Source of the DNA: Camelus dromedarius
Taxonomy: Eukaryota
DNA: 64,000 nucleotides
Assembly: GCF_036321535.1 (NCBI RefSeq)
Contig: NC_087445.1
Span: 9,240,001-9,304,000, forward strand
Direction of reading: 5' to 3'
The translations under genes were made by a program, and so were the position numbers. Each line of letters opens with the position of its first letter. Position 1 is the first letter of the stretch. Shown in pieces: positions 41,693 through 53,942 of the stretch. The notes beneath the pieces were generated by a model. That model saw only the letters and a list, made by a program, of their open reading frames with translations, had not been told where the DNA came from and did not search any database.

Positions 41693-42788
41693 AATCACAA
41701 AGCAAAATCTAGTGTCTAATTCAGAGTTTTACAGGCAAAAAAAATCCCCTAATTATGACTGATACACCGTCTTTTGCAACTAGAGTGCCATATGATGTCT
41801 GTTTTCAGATTTGACCATTTCCTTGTTTCTTTGCATCATATACACATGCCTAGTCTCCACAGCTAGTTCAGAATTTACTGGCATGCTTAGAAATGAATTT
41901 CTTCTTCTACGGTTTATATAATAGTCACTTCCTATATGTTGGTTGATTCACTCATTCACTAAACACAGAGGGAGAACTGAATGCCATGTAAGGCAGAGTG
42001 TGTTTCTTAAAGAACCAACAGTCTAGTGAACTGAGTGACTAAGGATTTTGATTAAACTAATTGCATGTTGAATAACACAAAGTAACTAATAAATAATAAA
42101 TAAGTAATGGAAAAGTAAGTCAAGGCTTATTTATGTATAGTGCTGGACCTAACTCCAAGCCCTAACAGGGGAGCAAGTCTTAAAGCCACAAGAGCTTCAT
42201 TTTGAAGTCTATGTGATAGCTGTCAGCACGTCTTGGTTGTAACATTCAGGCATGCCCGTTGTGTAATGATCCTTGCATTTTCACCCCAGTTAATTTGAAA
42301 TTTTTCTGTAAAAATTTAATTCTAAATTATAGAGTGTTGTTACCAAAAACGATGAGCATTTCAGTGTTCCAAGTCATAATCCAGTGACACTTCAGGAATA
42401 ATTTTCTCTGCCCTATGCAAAGCATTAAAGACTACTTGCTTTTCTTAGAAACAGTATCTGAATATTGCCAGAGATGGGCGTGAACTAACGATCTCACAGA
42501 AAAGAACGTTTTCTCTGTTGCTGAGCATCTCTCTTCCAGAAACCTGTGCTAAAAGCAGGGTTCAGGGAAGTAATGTCTGGAAATGTTGCCCAAAATAAAA
42601 GGAGCCAAAATTTTCAGGCTAATGAAGATTTGAAATAGATGCTTTTCTCTTCTGCTTGAATAAAGCAGGACCATTTTCTCTGCTGAGGGCTACTTAATTC
42701 TTCCAGAAGAATTCCAGTCTACATTTAATATTCATTGGCATCAAGTTAAATGTCCACATTTGTAGAATTATGGGACACACGGCATCTT

Positions 42789-43343
42789 CTTTTTTTTTTT
42801 AATTTTTTTGTCAATGCAGAATTGTTCACTATGATCATCATGCTGTACTTTAGTTAAAATACAACCATACACCTTTTGTACCAATAAGAACTACTTTGTA
42901 CAAAGCCACTCAATAAACAAGAGATCCTAGAGTTGAAGACATTTCTGGAAAGACTAAGTTGATTTCTTTCTAATGTATGAAGTTTTTATCCTTGACAAAC
43001 TTCCTGGTAGAATGACTCCTGTGGCTTATGATTCATATATGATTCAGTTGCAGTTGTGGAACTGGCTCCAAATGAGAGTCCCAGAACTTACTCATCTTAT
43101 AACTCAAGGTTTGTACCTTTTAACCAACATCTCCCCATGCCCCCCAGCCCCCCAGCTCCCAACAGCCATCATTCTACTTTCCTTGTCTGTGAGTTTGATA
43201 TCTTTAAATTCCACATAGCAGATCATTAAGTATTTACTTTCTTTGACTTGTTTCACTTCACATAATGCCCTGGAGATTCACCAACGTTGTTGAAAATGGC
43301 AGGATGTCCTTTTTTTATGGTTGAATAATATGCCACTGTATAT
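42789..43343 (-). mobile_element. L1MA8/9-like 3'UTR fragment interrupted at ~42854-43080
   Basis: T tract, then catcatgctgtactttag; resumes as ccagaacttactcatcttataact..tttgtaccttt and runs to atggttgaataatatgccactgtata. Confidence 0.8.
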
Positions 43344-43450
43344 CAGGAAAATGTAGAACAAAACTGGACAATTCCTTGTTTTGTTGTTTTCTGTCCTTAG
43401 GTGGATTATTTTTATAGTTTTTAGAAAATTTCTTATTTTAAGAATTGTAT

Positions 43451-43706
43451 GTTTATTGAAGTGTAGTTGATTTACAAAGTTAGTTTCCAGTGTACAGCAA
43501 AGCAATTTAGTTATGCATATACATACATATATACTTTACTTTCAGATTCTTTTCCATTATATGTTATTACAAGACATTGAGCTCCCTGTGCTATACAGTA
43601 GGTCCTCGTTGTTTATCAATAGTAGTGTGTAATCTGTTAATCCCAAACTCCTACATTATCCCTCCACTCCACCCCTTTCCACTTTGGTAACCATAGTTTG
43701 TCTTCT
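43451..43706 (-). mobile_element. L1 3' end (artiodactyl-type)
   Basis: tttattgaagtgtagttgatttaca, ccctgtgctatacagtaggtcc, ctgttaatcccaaactccta, tttggtaaccata; antisense to the copy at 38348. Confidence 0.88.
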
Positions 43707-44374
43707 AAGAAACCAGGCAGTTTCTTGAAAGATCATTTGGTTGATGTATTTGCCTGTAAGCTGACTTTTCCATTCTCCTTTTGCTTATTAACCTTCATTT
43801 TTAAAAAGTGTGTGTGTGAGAGAAAGAAAGAGAGAGAATATGTGTTACATTGTATACCAACCACTGTTTACCCTCCTTCCAGGACTTCTGTTCTTTCAGG
43901 TACTAATAGAAATGAAATCTGTGATGTAACATTTTCTCCTATGGCTTCTCTAAGGGAAAGAGAGGGGAGGAAAGTAAAATATATGATGTTCTTTTAATGA
44001 ATATGGTTATTTAAACCCTTAGCTCATTTTTCCTCACATCTCTTTCAAGAAAGTATCATTAATATAATTGTTGTATGATGTTCAAGTAAGTTAAATACTT
44101 TATTCAAAACCACACAAATAAATGAGAGAGAATAGATTTGAAGACATTTCTAGAATGACCAAGACCATTTTCTCTCTAATATACAATGTTTGTGTCCTTG
44201 AAGAACTTCCCAGTAAAATGAGTCTCATGACCTGTGCTTCCTGTATGATTCAGTTACAACTGGGAAACTGTAACTGGAAACAAATGAAAGAAATATGTAT
44301 TTTCTAAATAATCTTCTTTACTTTCCTCAAACATTGCATCACTGTTTCACTTCTGATTCAATGATTGCTAAGTA

Positions 44375-44512
44375 GTAATAGCTACTAACTGAGGACCTCA
44401 TAGTAATCCTTATTGTCATTATTATTATTATTACCATCATCATCATCTTCCTGATATAACTGAGAACACGAAGACATGGGGACGTTAAGTGATCTGTGCA
44501 AGAATGCACACA
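44375..44512 (-). mobile_element. MIR fragment
   Basis: ctgagaacacgaagacatggggacgttaagtgatctgtgcaag resembles the antisense MIR core. Confidence 0.5.
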
Positions 44513-44538
44513 TTGTTTTCAGTTAAACTAAGAAGAAA

Positions 44539-44540
<2 letters not shown>

Positions 44541-44577
<37 letters not shown>
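44541..44577. repeat. (TG)18 microsatellite
   Basis: Perfect dinucleotide run. Confidence 0.97.
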
Positions 44578-44578
<1 letters not shown>

Positions 44579-46476
44579 GTTTTGTTTCACTTCAAAAGGT
44601 TCCAAGATCTTGAGGCCACTGGGTAATTTCTACTTCATCCTTCCTCTCACCAATCTCCTTTGGGACTCATGTCCTTATCCAGCTATGACACGGGCAACCA
44701 GATGATCTCACGCAAACCTCACATCAGTTGCTTTATGCATATTGTCTGCCATCATCTGTCATCATGCCTTCATCCCCGTTCTTCCCACAAGCCACCCCTG
44801 CCTCCTCCTCCATGGCTACAGGCCGCACCCTCAGAAAGCCTACCCGGCTGGACCCTCTTATTTCCCCACATCCTCTTCTTTTCCGTTTCTCTCTCTTCTC
44901 TTCCCTCATGAGTCTGTGCTTTGTGAGTTTCTAGTTTGTTGATGTTGGACCCATTGACTGGGCCTGTTTCATTTGAACCTGTCTGTGAAGAAAACATTGA
45001 ATTATACAATTCTAAACAGAATTCATGTTCAGAACTCAGGCAAACAGTGAAATTGTGGTAAGATAGTATCTGGGAATTTCTTAGTGGGATACAATTAAGA
45101 AAAAATGCTTCCTAGCGATGAGCAGCAATTGAGCTATTCAGAAAGGTTTACCAGAGAGAACGGTAAACATTATTCTTTATACCTGTGGGAAACTATTTAA
45201 TTTCCCTAAGTAATAAATTTTGTGTTCAGACTCTTCTTCCCTTTTGTAATACTATTGTATTCCATGGTGTCAGATCCACAGCTGAGACGCAACTTAGTGA
45301 GTGATAATATCTATTAAAAACTGGCCATATTCTACTTGGTAAAAATAATCCCTTGCCTCTGTCTATTGCTTTATAATGTGTAACACAACTTCACTCACAT
45401 TATCACATTTGATCCTTACAGCATCCTTGAGAGGAAAGCAAGGAAGAAAATTCTATAGGATATTTGTTACAAATCTTCTTAACCTGCCCCCCTTAGCATA
45501 CACATCTTTTCTACACCTGCCTGACACTTCCTTTTTATGTATTTCATATTTTGATAAATGACAGTCACAAACTTTGGATAAATAGATACTCCTGTCTGCT
45601 TCAGTGGTGGTGATATTATTTTGCTTTATATGGCAAAGACAAATGAAAGAAACACAATTTCCCTGTTTTGGCTTGTTAAGGAGAGCATATGTTATACAAG
45701 AGGCAGCCTCTATCACACTAAATAATAGCAAAAAAATCCTCAAACTTCGCTTATGCAGCTCCAACAGAAACCTTGTGATGAATTTAACAGCAATCCTATG
45801 TGAACTTGTCTTAGAAATAATAACAAAAGAACACTGCAATTCTGCGGCAGGTGAGCCAAGGTTTCAGTTTTATGAATGGAGGAATCTGGGAGAAGCCAAG
45901 TGCTAGAGTAACATTCTGCAGGAATTGCTGCATATTGTGTTTGTGGCAGGTCATATTTGAGTGCTTGAGACTTCACTGCCCTGGAGCAGGTTATATTACA
46001 GCCCATTTATTTGTCAGGGTAGGATTTTATTGGCAACCAGTTCCGGGCCTTGCATGAGAATGAATCTTCTCCCAGCCTGAGCGTAAAAGACTAACGGAGT
46101 TCAAAAGCGACACTGCGTGTGAAAGTTTCAGCCCAGGATCAGTGAGACGCAGAGGCTGGAGTTAATGTTCCTTCTGTTCTGCTCAGATGGAGCTGATAAC
46201 AAACGCTGCGCGTGGGGATGCGACTTCTTCTCTGTCTGCTGGTGTGGAGCATTCACCCTCTGTCTGTTCTAGCTCATCCACGTGTTCATGCTGATGCTAA
46301 ATCAAAGTTGTGGCACAGATGTGAAAGGAAAATGGTAACTTTAGCAATTTTAGAAAAGGGGGAAAAAAAGGAGGTGAGGTGAGGCATTTGTTATAAAATA
46401 AGGAAAGTACAAAAAGGCTTGTGAAATCACTTAAAGCTAACTCAGCTGTTCAGGGCCACCGGAGGGTCAGCTTACC

Positions 46477-46578
46477 AAAAACAAACAAACAAATGAAAAA
46501 CCACCACCACCAACAACAACAACAAAAACATACACGCATGACAACAACAACAAAATCCAAAAAACCCAAGAAAAAAAA
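46477..46578. repeat. A/C-rich low-complexity tract (CAAA/CCA/CAA)
   Basis: acaaacaaac..ccaccaccaccaacaacaacaac..acaacaacaacaaaa. Confidence 0.85.
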
Positions 46579-47297
46579 TTTATGTAAAATTAAAAATTTG
46601 ATCAAATTAATCAGAGCATTCAACATCTGTCTACTAATGTTTTAATGATATCCTATTTAATAAAAGTAGTAAAAAGTTGCTAAAATTGTTTAAAACATTA
46701 TTCTAGGTTAGAAACAATGGTCTTCTTATTTTATAAGATGATATAAATAAGACGGTCTACTGCAAAAAAAAGAAAAAAAAACCTCATTAATGCTCAGAGA
46801 ATGTTCAAGAATGTTTAAACACTTTCTTGCCACAATTTCCATGATTTAAATGGGATCCAGGAATCCAGTGGTAAAGAACGTGAATCCCATTCAGATATAA
46901 CCTAACACACCTGAAATTTGGAGATATATGTTTTATCTTGGGGATGGAGTGCTGGAAGGTGGATGCAGAGGGAAAGCATCATGGTACTCAGTGATGCTGG
47001 CAGGGTCCATAGTCTTAGCATCTCTGGGCGTTGTAGTGAGCCCTGGTCACTGGTACAGTGTAAATCCATATTTGAATATATCCTAACGCAGCTTCACACA
47101 AACTCTCACCTCTTTTTAAATACCTGTTTATTGTAAGAAGAAGGACACTATGAGATTAAAAAAAATAGGCTGTTATTAAGAACCTGAGTACCTTGGCTGC
47201 AGCATCCTACTCCCCTCAACACTTACAGAAAGTTACCTAGAAAGGAGAGGTGCTTGTCTGCAGGGGAAAAAGAAATGAGTTACAAAGTATCAGGCAT

Positions 47298-47519
47298 TCA
47301 TAACAGTTCAGTCATACATATACATACAAATATTCCTTTTCATACTCTTTTTCATTATAGGTTATCACAAGATATTGAATATAGTTCCTTGTGCTATGCA
47401 GTATAAACAAAACAGAAACAGACTCACAGATGTAGAAAACAAACATAAGATTAAGAGGTGAGGGGGAGGAAGGAAGGGAGTGGGGAGGGCTAAGCTGGGA
47501 GTTGGAGATTTGCAGTTAC
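47298..47519. mobile_element. L1 3'UTR fragment with internal inversion
   Basis: 47298-47407 is antisense (cagtcatacatatacatac..ccttgtgctatgcagtataaac). It joins a sense segment at 47408-47519 (aaaacagaaacagactcacag..gggagttggagatttgcag). Confidence 0.8.
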
Positions 47520-47781
47520 CCACCTACTTCTGGTTGTCGCTTTCTTCACTCTTACCTCGTCATAAAAGGGAAGCCCCTCTTCTCATCTATAGTCAATCCT
47601 GCCACCTATGTTTTGATCCCTCCCTCCCACCACCTTAGAAAAGTATTCTTCTTTTCTCTTTCTGTGTTTATTAACACCTGCCTCTCAACTGAATCTTGCA
47701 CATTGCTCGTGAGTGTTTTCACATCCCTTTATAAGAAAACACACAAGCACCCACCCTAAACTGCCAATCCCAGTCTCTTCA

Positions 47782-47928
47782 TTTTTTTTTTTTTTTTAGA
47801 ATTCTTTTTTTGGGGTGGATGGGGTATATAAGGTTTGTTTATTTATTTGTTAACAGAGGCACTGGGATTGAACCCAGGACCTCCTGCATGCTAAGCACAC
47901 CCTGTACCACTGAGCTATAACCCTCCGC
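47782..47928 (-). mobile_element. tRNA-derived SINE (Vic-1-like, camelid)
   Basis: Reverse complement reads ggagggttatagctcagtggtacag...gtcctgggttcaatcccag...aaataaataaac...polyA. Homologous to the SINE at 36737. Confidence 0.9.
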
Positions 47929-47977
47929 ATCTCTTTCTTATTTTCTCTGAAGAAAACTTCCAATAAGAGTTATGCAA

Positions 47978-48475
47978 TATCTTTGTATGGTGACAGATGG
48001 TAGCTAGACTATGATGGTGATTATTTTGAAATGTAAAGAGACATTAAATCACTGTGTTGTGTAACAGGAACTAGCATAGTGTTGAAGGTCAGTTATACAT
48101 CAAAAACAAACTCAGAGAAAAAGAGATCAGTTTGTGGTTACCAGAGGAGGGGGTGGGATGAGAGAAAGGGGAATTGAATGAAGAAGGTACAAACTTCAAG
48201 TTATAAGACAGATAAGGACCAGGGAAGTAATGTACAACATGGTAAATATAACAGTGCTCTGTGTTGTATATGAAAGTTAAGAGAGTAACTCTTAAGGGTT
48301 CTCATCACAGGGAACATTATTTTTTTCTATTTAATTTTCTATCTATGAGATGTTCACTAAACTTACTGTGGTCATCACTTCATGATGTATGTAAGTCAAA
48401 TTGGGATGCTGTACAACTTAAACTGATCCAGTGCTGCGTGTCAGTTATGTCTCAGTAAAACTGGAAGACAAAAAC
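47978..48475 (+). mobile_element. L1 3' region (L1_Art/L1MA-like)
   Basis: atctttgtatggtgacagatgg, gagatcagtttgtggttaccagagg, aggtacaaacttcaagttataag, ttctcatcacag, atgctgtacaacttaaact. Confidence 0.82.
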
Positions 48476-48483
48476 CTTCAAAT

Positions 48484-48522
48484 AACAAAAATAACAAAAC
48501 AAAACAAAACAAAACAAAACAA
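48484..48522 (+). repeat. (CAAAA)n tract, probably derived from the L1 tail
   Basis: aacaaaaataacaaaacaaaacaaaacaaaacaaaacaa directly after the L1 3' end. Confidence 0.85.
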
Positions 48523-48529
48523 GTCGCCT

Positions 48530-49500
48530 TTGTTCAGTCTTGAGCTCATCATTTCTTACTCATGGATCAATTCACTTCAGTTTGACTGATGATTTATGAT
48601 CTCATTATAACCATCAATGCAAATTTTTCAAAAAATTCATTTTTCTCCTTTCATAACTCCTGAGCAGCATCCATTGATTTTCTCCTCCTTCTCAGGTTAA
48701 TGCACTCACTTACCTTCAGTCACACCGCACCCTCTTGGCACCCTCACTCCTATCTAGCTATTACTTCTCCTTCTGTCCTGTGGACCCATTCTCACCTGTT
48801 TATATCTTACAAGTTGGGATTCTTTAAGATTTGGCCCTAGGTTCTCTGCTCAATACACAATCTCTGTCTCCAAAATTATATCTTTCACTCTTTAATTAAT
48901 CCTTAAAATTCAATGACTCACAGTTCTACATTTAATCCTGAATCTCCTCTGAGGTCTAGACCCTTATATCCATACAAACTCTATTCTTGGAAGCTTCAGC
49001 CTGCCTTTAGACACAGTGTAAGCAAACACAAGCACCATCGCTCCCACGACACCTTCTGTAACAGTTTTCTAGATGAATGGCAACACCATCCATCTTGTGT
49101 GCAAGTCAGAAACTTAGTATCTGTTTGGATGTCTCATTTCCCACGTCTAATTCATCCCCCAGTACTCTTAGTCATTCTACCACTATATCTTGATTTAATT
49201 TCCTTCTCTGCATTTTACTTATTATTCCAGGGCCCAATCATCCCTCACCTCTCTTTGCTTATATCAGCCCTGAACAAGTTTCTCCAGGTCAATTTTTGCA
49301 ACTATTCAATCTGTTCTCCTTAATGCAGTCAAAGTGATCATTTGTTCAAACAGCAAAATTTGATGTCACTCCTTTTCTTCTCCCTCTTAAGACTCTCCAG
49401 TTGCTTCCAAATGCCCTTCAAAAAAAAGATTAAAATCCTTAACGTGACCTAAAAGGTAAATGCATAATCTTTCCTCACTGTAAAACCCTCCATCATTATT
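48530..49500 (+). mobile_element. L2 internal fragment (continues 47520-47780)
   Basis: Pyrimidine-rich L2-like motifs: ctcctctgaggtctagac, aatggcaacaccatccatc..caagtcagaaac, ctccagttgcttcc..aaaatccttaacgtgacct. Confidence 0.65.
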
Positions 49501-49586
49501 TCATATAATGTCTCAACTTTTTTTTTTTTCCTGGGCTCTTATTATGCAGGATGGGGAAGAGTTCTGCTTATTTATTTGTTTATGAT

Positions 49587-50508
49587 TTACTTGAAGCAGC
49601 TTTACTGAGGTTTTACGTACAAATAATGCACATATTTAATGTGTGCAGTTTGATGTATTTAGACATATGCAAGTTCCTGTGGTACCATTATCGTAATCAG
49701 AGTAGTAGGCATAGTCAAGACCTCCCAGAGGTTCTGTTTTCCATGTGTCTAAGGACACTTCGCATGAGCTCTTTCGCAGTGCACAACACCACCTTGTTAA
49801 CTGCAGGCACTACGTTGTACAGGAGATCTCTAGAACTTACTCCTTTGGAATAACTAAAACTCTGTACCCACTGAACATCAACTCCCCCATTTGCCCCTCC
49901 TGGCAGCCTCTGGCAACTTTCTTCTATGAATTTGACTATTTGATTTGCCTCATTTAAGTGGAATCATGCTGTATTTGTCCCCTAGTGACTGACTTGTTTC
50001 ACCCAGTATAACTTCATCACGTTGTTGCAAAGTGCAGGGTTCACTCCTTCAGGCCATGCAGTATTTCATTGCAAGTATATGTGGCGTTTTCTTGATCCAC
50101 TTACTTGTCAGTGAACATTGAGGTTGTTTTTTCATCTGGGCTCTTGTACTTCAGTGAACATGGGAGAGCTCACTGAACAGTCTTTGAGTCCTTGAGTATC
50201 TCTTTCCAATCTTGATTTCAGTTATTTTGGATAAATACTAAGAAGCGGGATTAATTACTGGATCATGTGGTAATCCTATTTTTAAGTTTTCAAGGAATCT
50301 CCATACTGTTTTCCAAAGCATCTGGGCCATTTTTCATTTCCACCCACAGTATGCCAGGGTTCCGATTTTGCCAGATCCTTCCAACTTTTGTTATTTTTTG
50401 CTATTTTCTGATAACAGCCATCTGAAAAATTGTGAGGTGATATTGCATTTTGGTTTTGATTTGCATTTCCCTGATGGTTAGTGGTATTTAGTATATTCTC
50501 ATATACCA
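49587..50508 (-). mobile_element. L1MA-type 3' region
   Basis: cagctttactgagg, gttgtacaggagatctctagaacttact, gtggaatcatgctgtatttgtcc, ttttggataaatac, ccatactgttttcca, ttttgatttgcatttccctgatg. Confidence 0.88.
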
Positions 50509-51050
50509 GATAATTTTGTTAGAACAAGAAAACCAATGAATTTGAAAAAATAATCATTTTCTAAGCATTAAATACTGTGACTCAATTAACTTTAGATTTG
50601 TAATGTCAGTTTTAACTCTAATTATGTATGGGTCTATGAAAATATTTGGATTCTGTATTAGCTAAAATTAATATCTAATTAAGAGAAATGGCATTATATT
50701 GACATCAACTTGATGAAAATCTAATTAGAATTTTAAATGTAGTCCATATTTTAGAATGCATATTATGACTTTTCATTTTCTCTAATTCTGGCTTAAATAT
50801 TTAGTCATATTTTAGAAGTGTCATACAACATAATAGGTCCAGTGTAATGGAACACATGGACAGTCAGCGTTAGTGAACATCTTTGTACTTATGTAAAAAA
50901 CATGTTATTCACACCAAATTTTATAAAATAGAAAACAGTGACTGTAATAAGTCAAAGAAAACATAACAAGACTAAAAATGCTTTTGGAAATATTTTTTAG
51001 GAACAGTAGCTTGTTTGTGAGTATAGCTTGGCTCTCCAAATGCTTTTGTG

Positions 51051-51228
51051 TATTATAGTGGTTCAGAATGAGATCCATAGGCTTTCAAACAGCAGTTCTG
51101 CTACTGACTCCATAAGATGTATCGTTGTAACAGACGTCAAACTCAGCAGTCTAATTTTCTTATCCATCAAGAGGGAAAAGTAATGCCTGCCTCACTGAGA
51201 TTCTAGAAGGATTATATGTAATATACTT
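51051..51228 (+). mobile_element. MIR SINE (degraded)
   Basis: tagtggtt head; ttttcttatccatcaagagggaaaagtaatgcctgcctca..aggatta core. Confidence 0.55.
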
Positions 51229-53942
51229 AATAATGGCTGCGAGCATTCGGCATAACCTGGCTCACTAAGTCCCAGGTTGGAAAACCATTATTCTACCTCA
51301 CGCAGCTTCTGCTTTGCTAGGACAGCACGTTGAGCACGAGTCACGTATCGAACGCCTGGCCGTGCTGCGCCATCGGGTTTCAAGAAGCAGCGGCTCAGCA
51401 GTAAGAAGGAGAGTACGTCTGCTCAGGCTGTTTTATACACTGTATCTCGTTTCATCAAAGGACAGTAGAGCACCTATCTGACCAGAACCTCATCAGCTTT
51501 GTCAGAAATAGGAGATACTGTCTTTTATGACTTGAAGCTTTCTTGGTACCCCATGTTAACGTGCAGAGTTTGAAGAAGAAATGGTAAAGTCAAATTATAT
51601 TAAACCAAGCTGTACAGAGCTGTGACTATTCCAGCTTTCAAAAGTCTTAACTAATTCGTTGGCTGGTCACATTGGATTTGTCTGCATGGCAGAAAGATGA
51701 GCAGCACGTAAGCTTGTTCAACTCCGTGCCCACGATCCTGTGTGTAGCAGGGCCAGACTGGCTGATGACCTTGATCGTAAAATCATGGTCAGAATTGCTG
51801 AGCAGTAATCTTTGTCCTTCATGTGTATATACAGTCTTCCTCTTTCACCCACATTTTATTTTGCTTTCTTTTCTCGCTAACGCTTTTCCTCTGTTATTTG
51901 TGATAATGACTGTTCACGAGGTCACACTTGTATGATATAATTTTTATCCTGCAAATTTGCCTACATGGAATTGAACTGAAGATAGAATACATTCCTGAGA
52001 AATGGATCCTGCTTGGAAGTTCAAGCCAGTTCTTTACTTTAACCAATTCTCAGTTAGAGACCCAATAACAATTTAGGAAGACCGGCCTCTTTGACAAAGA
52101 ATGCAAATTAACAATTGAGCGGTGAGGGGAGGAAGTGCGTAGCCGTCCATGTGACAGATGGCAAAACCTCAGCCTCACAGCTGATCATAAAATTTAAGGG
52201 AGTTTTCTGAGCATAGTACAACTGGTAAAGCAGAAAACTCAGGCTGACTATTCAAATGGTCTATCCCCTGATTTGCTCTGAAGGAATAACCATTGCACAG
52301 AATTTGGAAAGTGCTAAATGTAATTATAGGTGTAAAAAGCTTTCCATGACACCTCTTGCATGGCAGAGGGTCTATAAATGCAATTTCCCTTAATATTACG
52401 GCAACTCCAACTGAGAAGTTCTGTTTGTTTTTACAATGTGCCCTGAGAAGCATGTAACTGTGTCACAGCCTGAAAAAATATTGGTCAGTGCTGCCCCAGG
52501 GCAAAGGGAAGACTCCAAGACATTACACTGCGGCGTGTCACACAGCAGGCAACGGAGGAGTCTAGGTTCTGAAATCCATCTCTTGAAATAGTTCCTAGAA
52601 TAGATATAGGATGTTTATTTCAATAAATTCAAAACCGATCTTTTGCCCTATCTCATTTACTCACACTACTCACCCATGAGAAGTGAGAAGGTCAAATAAA
52701 ACCAGCCCTAGATTTTTGATCCGTAGATCAGATAAGTGATTTATTCAGCAATGTACCATTTGATAGATCCCGAGGTTCTAGTTCCCAAGGCTTTGCAGTT
52801 TTACCTGACTTAACGAATCAACTAATTTCTTTGTGAAGAGGGCAGTGATTAGTTTCTGTTTCCCTGGGCCTTACAGATACAGCCGTTTGAAAACTTGGTC
52901 ATTTATCTTGAATATGTTCACAGTCATGGTCACCTAGGGCCATTTTGGGATTGCAGCTCAAATAAACATCTCAGAGTCCTGACCTAAGCATTAGCATTGC
53001 CAGATTTAAATCACCTTTTATATTTCAAGTTTGTTTCCGAGGACACGTGAACTGAGAATTCCAACTCTATTCTGTTAGTGGGGAAGATTTGCGAGGATTC
53101 CTCTTTATAGGGTCTGAAAGAGCAACTGCCACTGCCCAGAGTCCTCACTCAAGTGAATAATAAATAAAAACTTACTTACAAATAAGGTTTTAAATAATAA
53201 AGGACTGCAGCATGGAAAGAGCAGGTTCACACATCCTCCTTAGAATAGCGTTCATTAGCAGCAGGAATAGCAACAATTTTTAAACCATCACCAATAAACT
53301 CCTTCAGGTGTTTGGTAAAACAGGTTGAAATGAAGTGAAATGATGACAACAATACCTGGGTGTGGGGAGATATTGCTGGCTTTACCCACAGAGAGGTTAG
53401 ACTCCCAATTAAATTCTAAGGCAGAAATATAGCATGCAGACATGGGCATAACACAGAGCTTAGCAGTGTAGAGTTTGGAAATATATCTAAACAGCCAAAG
53501 TTAAAAAAAAATGCTTCTTAGGAAGAGAACTGTCATGTTTAGGGAAAGTTCATGGTTGGCATCATAAGATAGAGCACTGCTTTAGTCATGGGTGGAGGGA
53601 GATGCAACGGGATGGTAATGCCATTTCCATTACAAATGAATAGGACTTGAGGAGAAGCTGACACCTATGGGAAGGACGGCGTTAGGAATTTCTAGGGTCA
53701 GTGATGTAACCGAAGGACTTGTAAGAAGGGATGCTTAACAGAGTTCCTTAAATCACTGATTAGAACCCCTGCCCCGCTCAGGCTATGTGTGTATAAATAC
53801 GTGTATGTGAAATGGACAAATGACTGAGCTTTAAGCACAGAGAGAAATCATAAGCACATGAGGCTTAGCTGGGATGTAAAATTACAAGGAATCAGAATCA
53901 TAAAGTCAGAAGCCATAGTAATCATGGAAATACCAGTCCACA

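Noticed and set aside
40697..42853. Two L1MA-like pieces that might be one element split by a 1.9-kb insert
   Set aside because: The second piece has its own T tract and the spacer shows no insertion hallmarks; independent copies are simpler.
48913..49323. Longest ORF in the track (136 aa)
   Set aside because: It lies within degraded L2-like sequence and resembles no protein I recognise.
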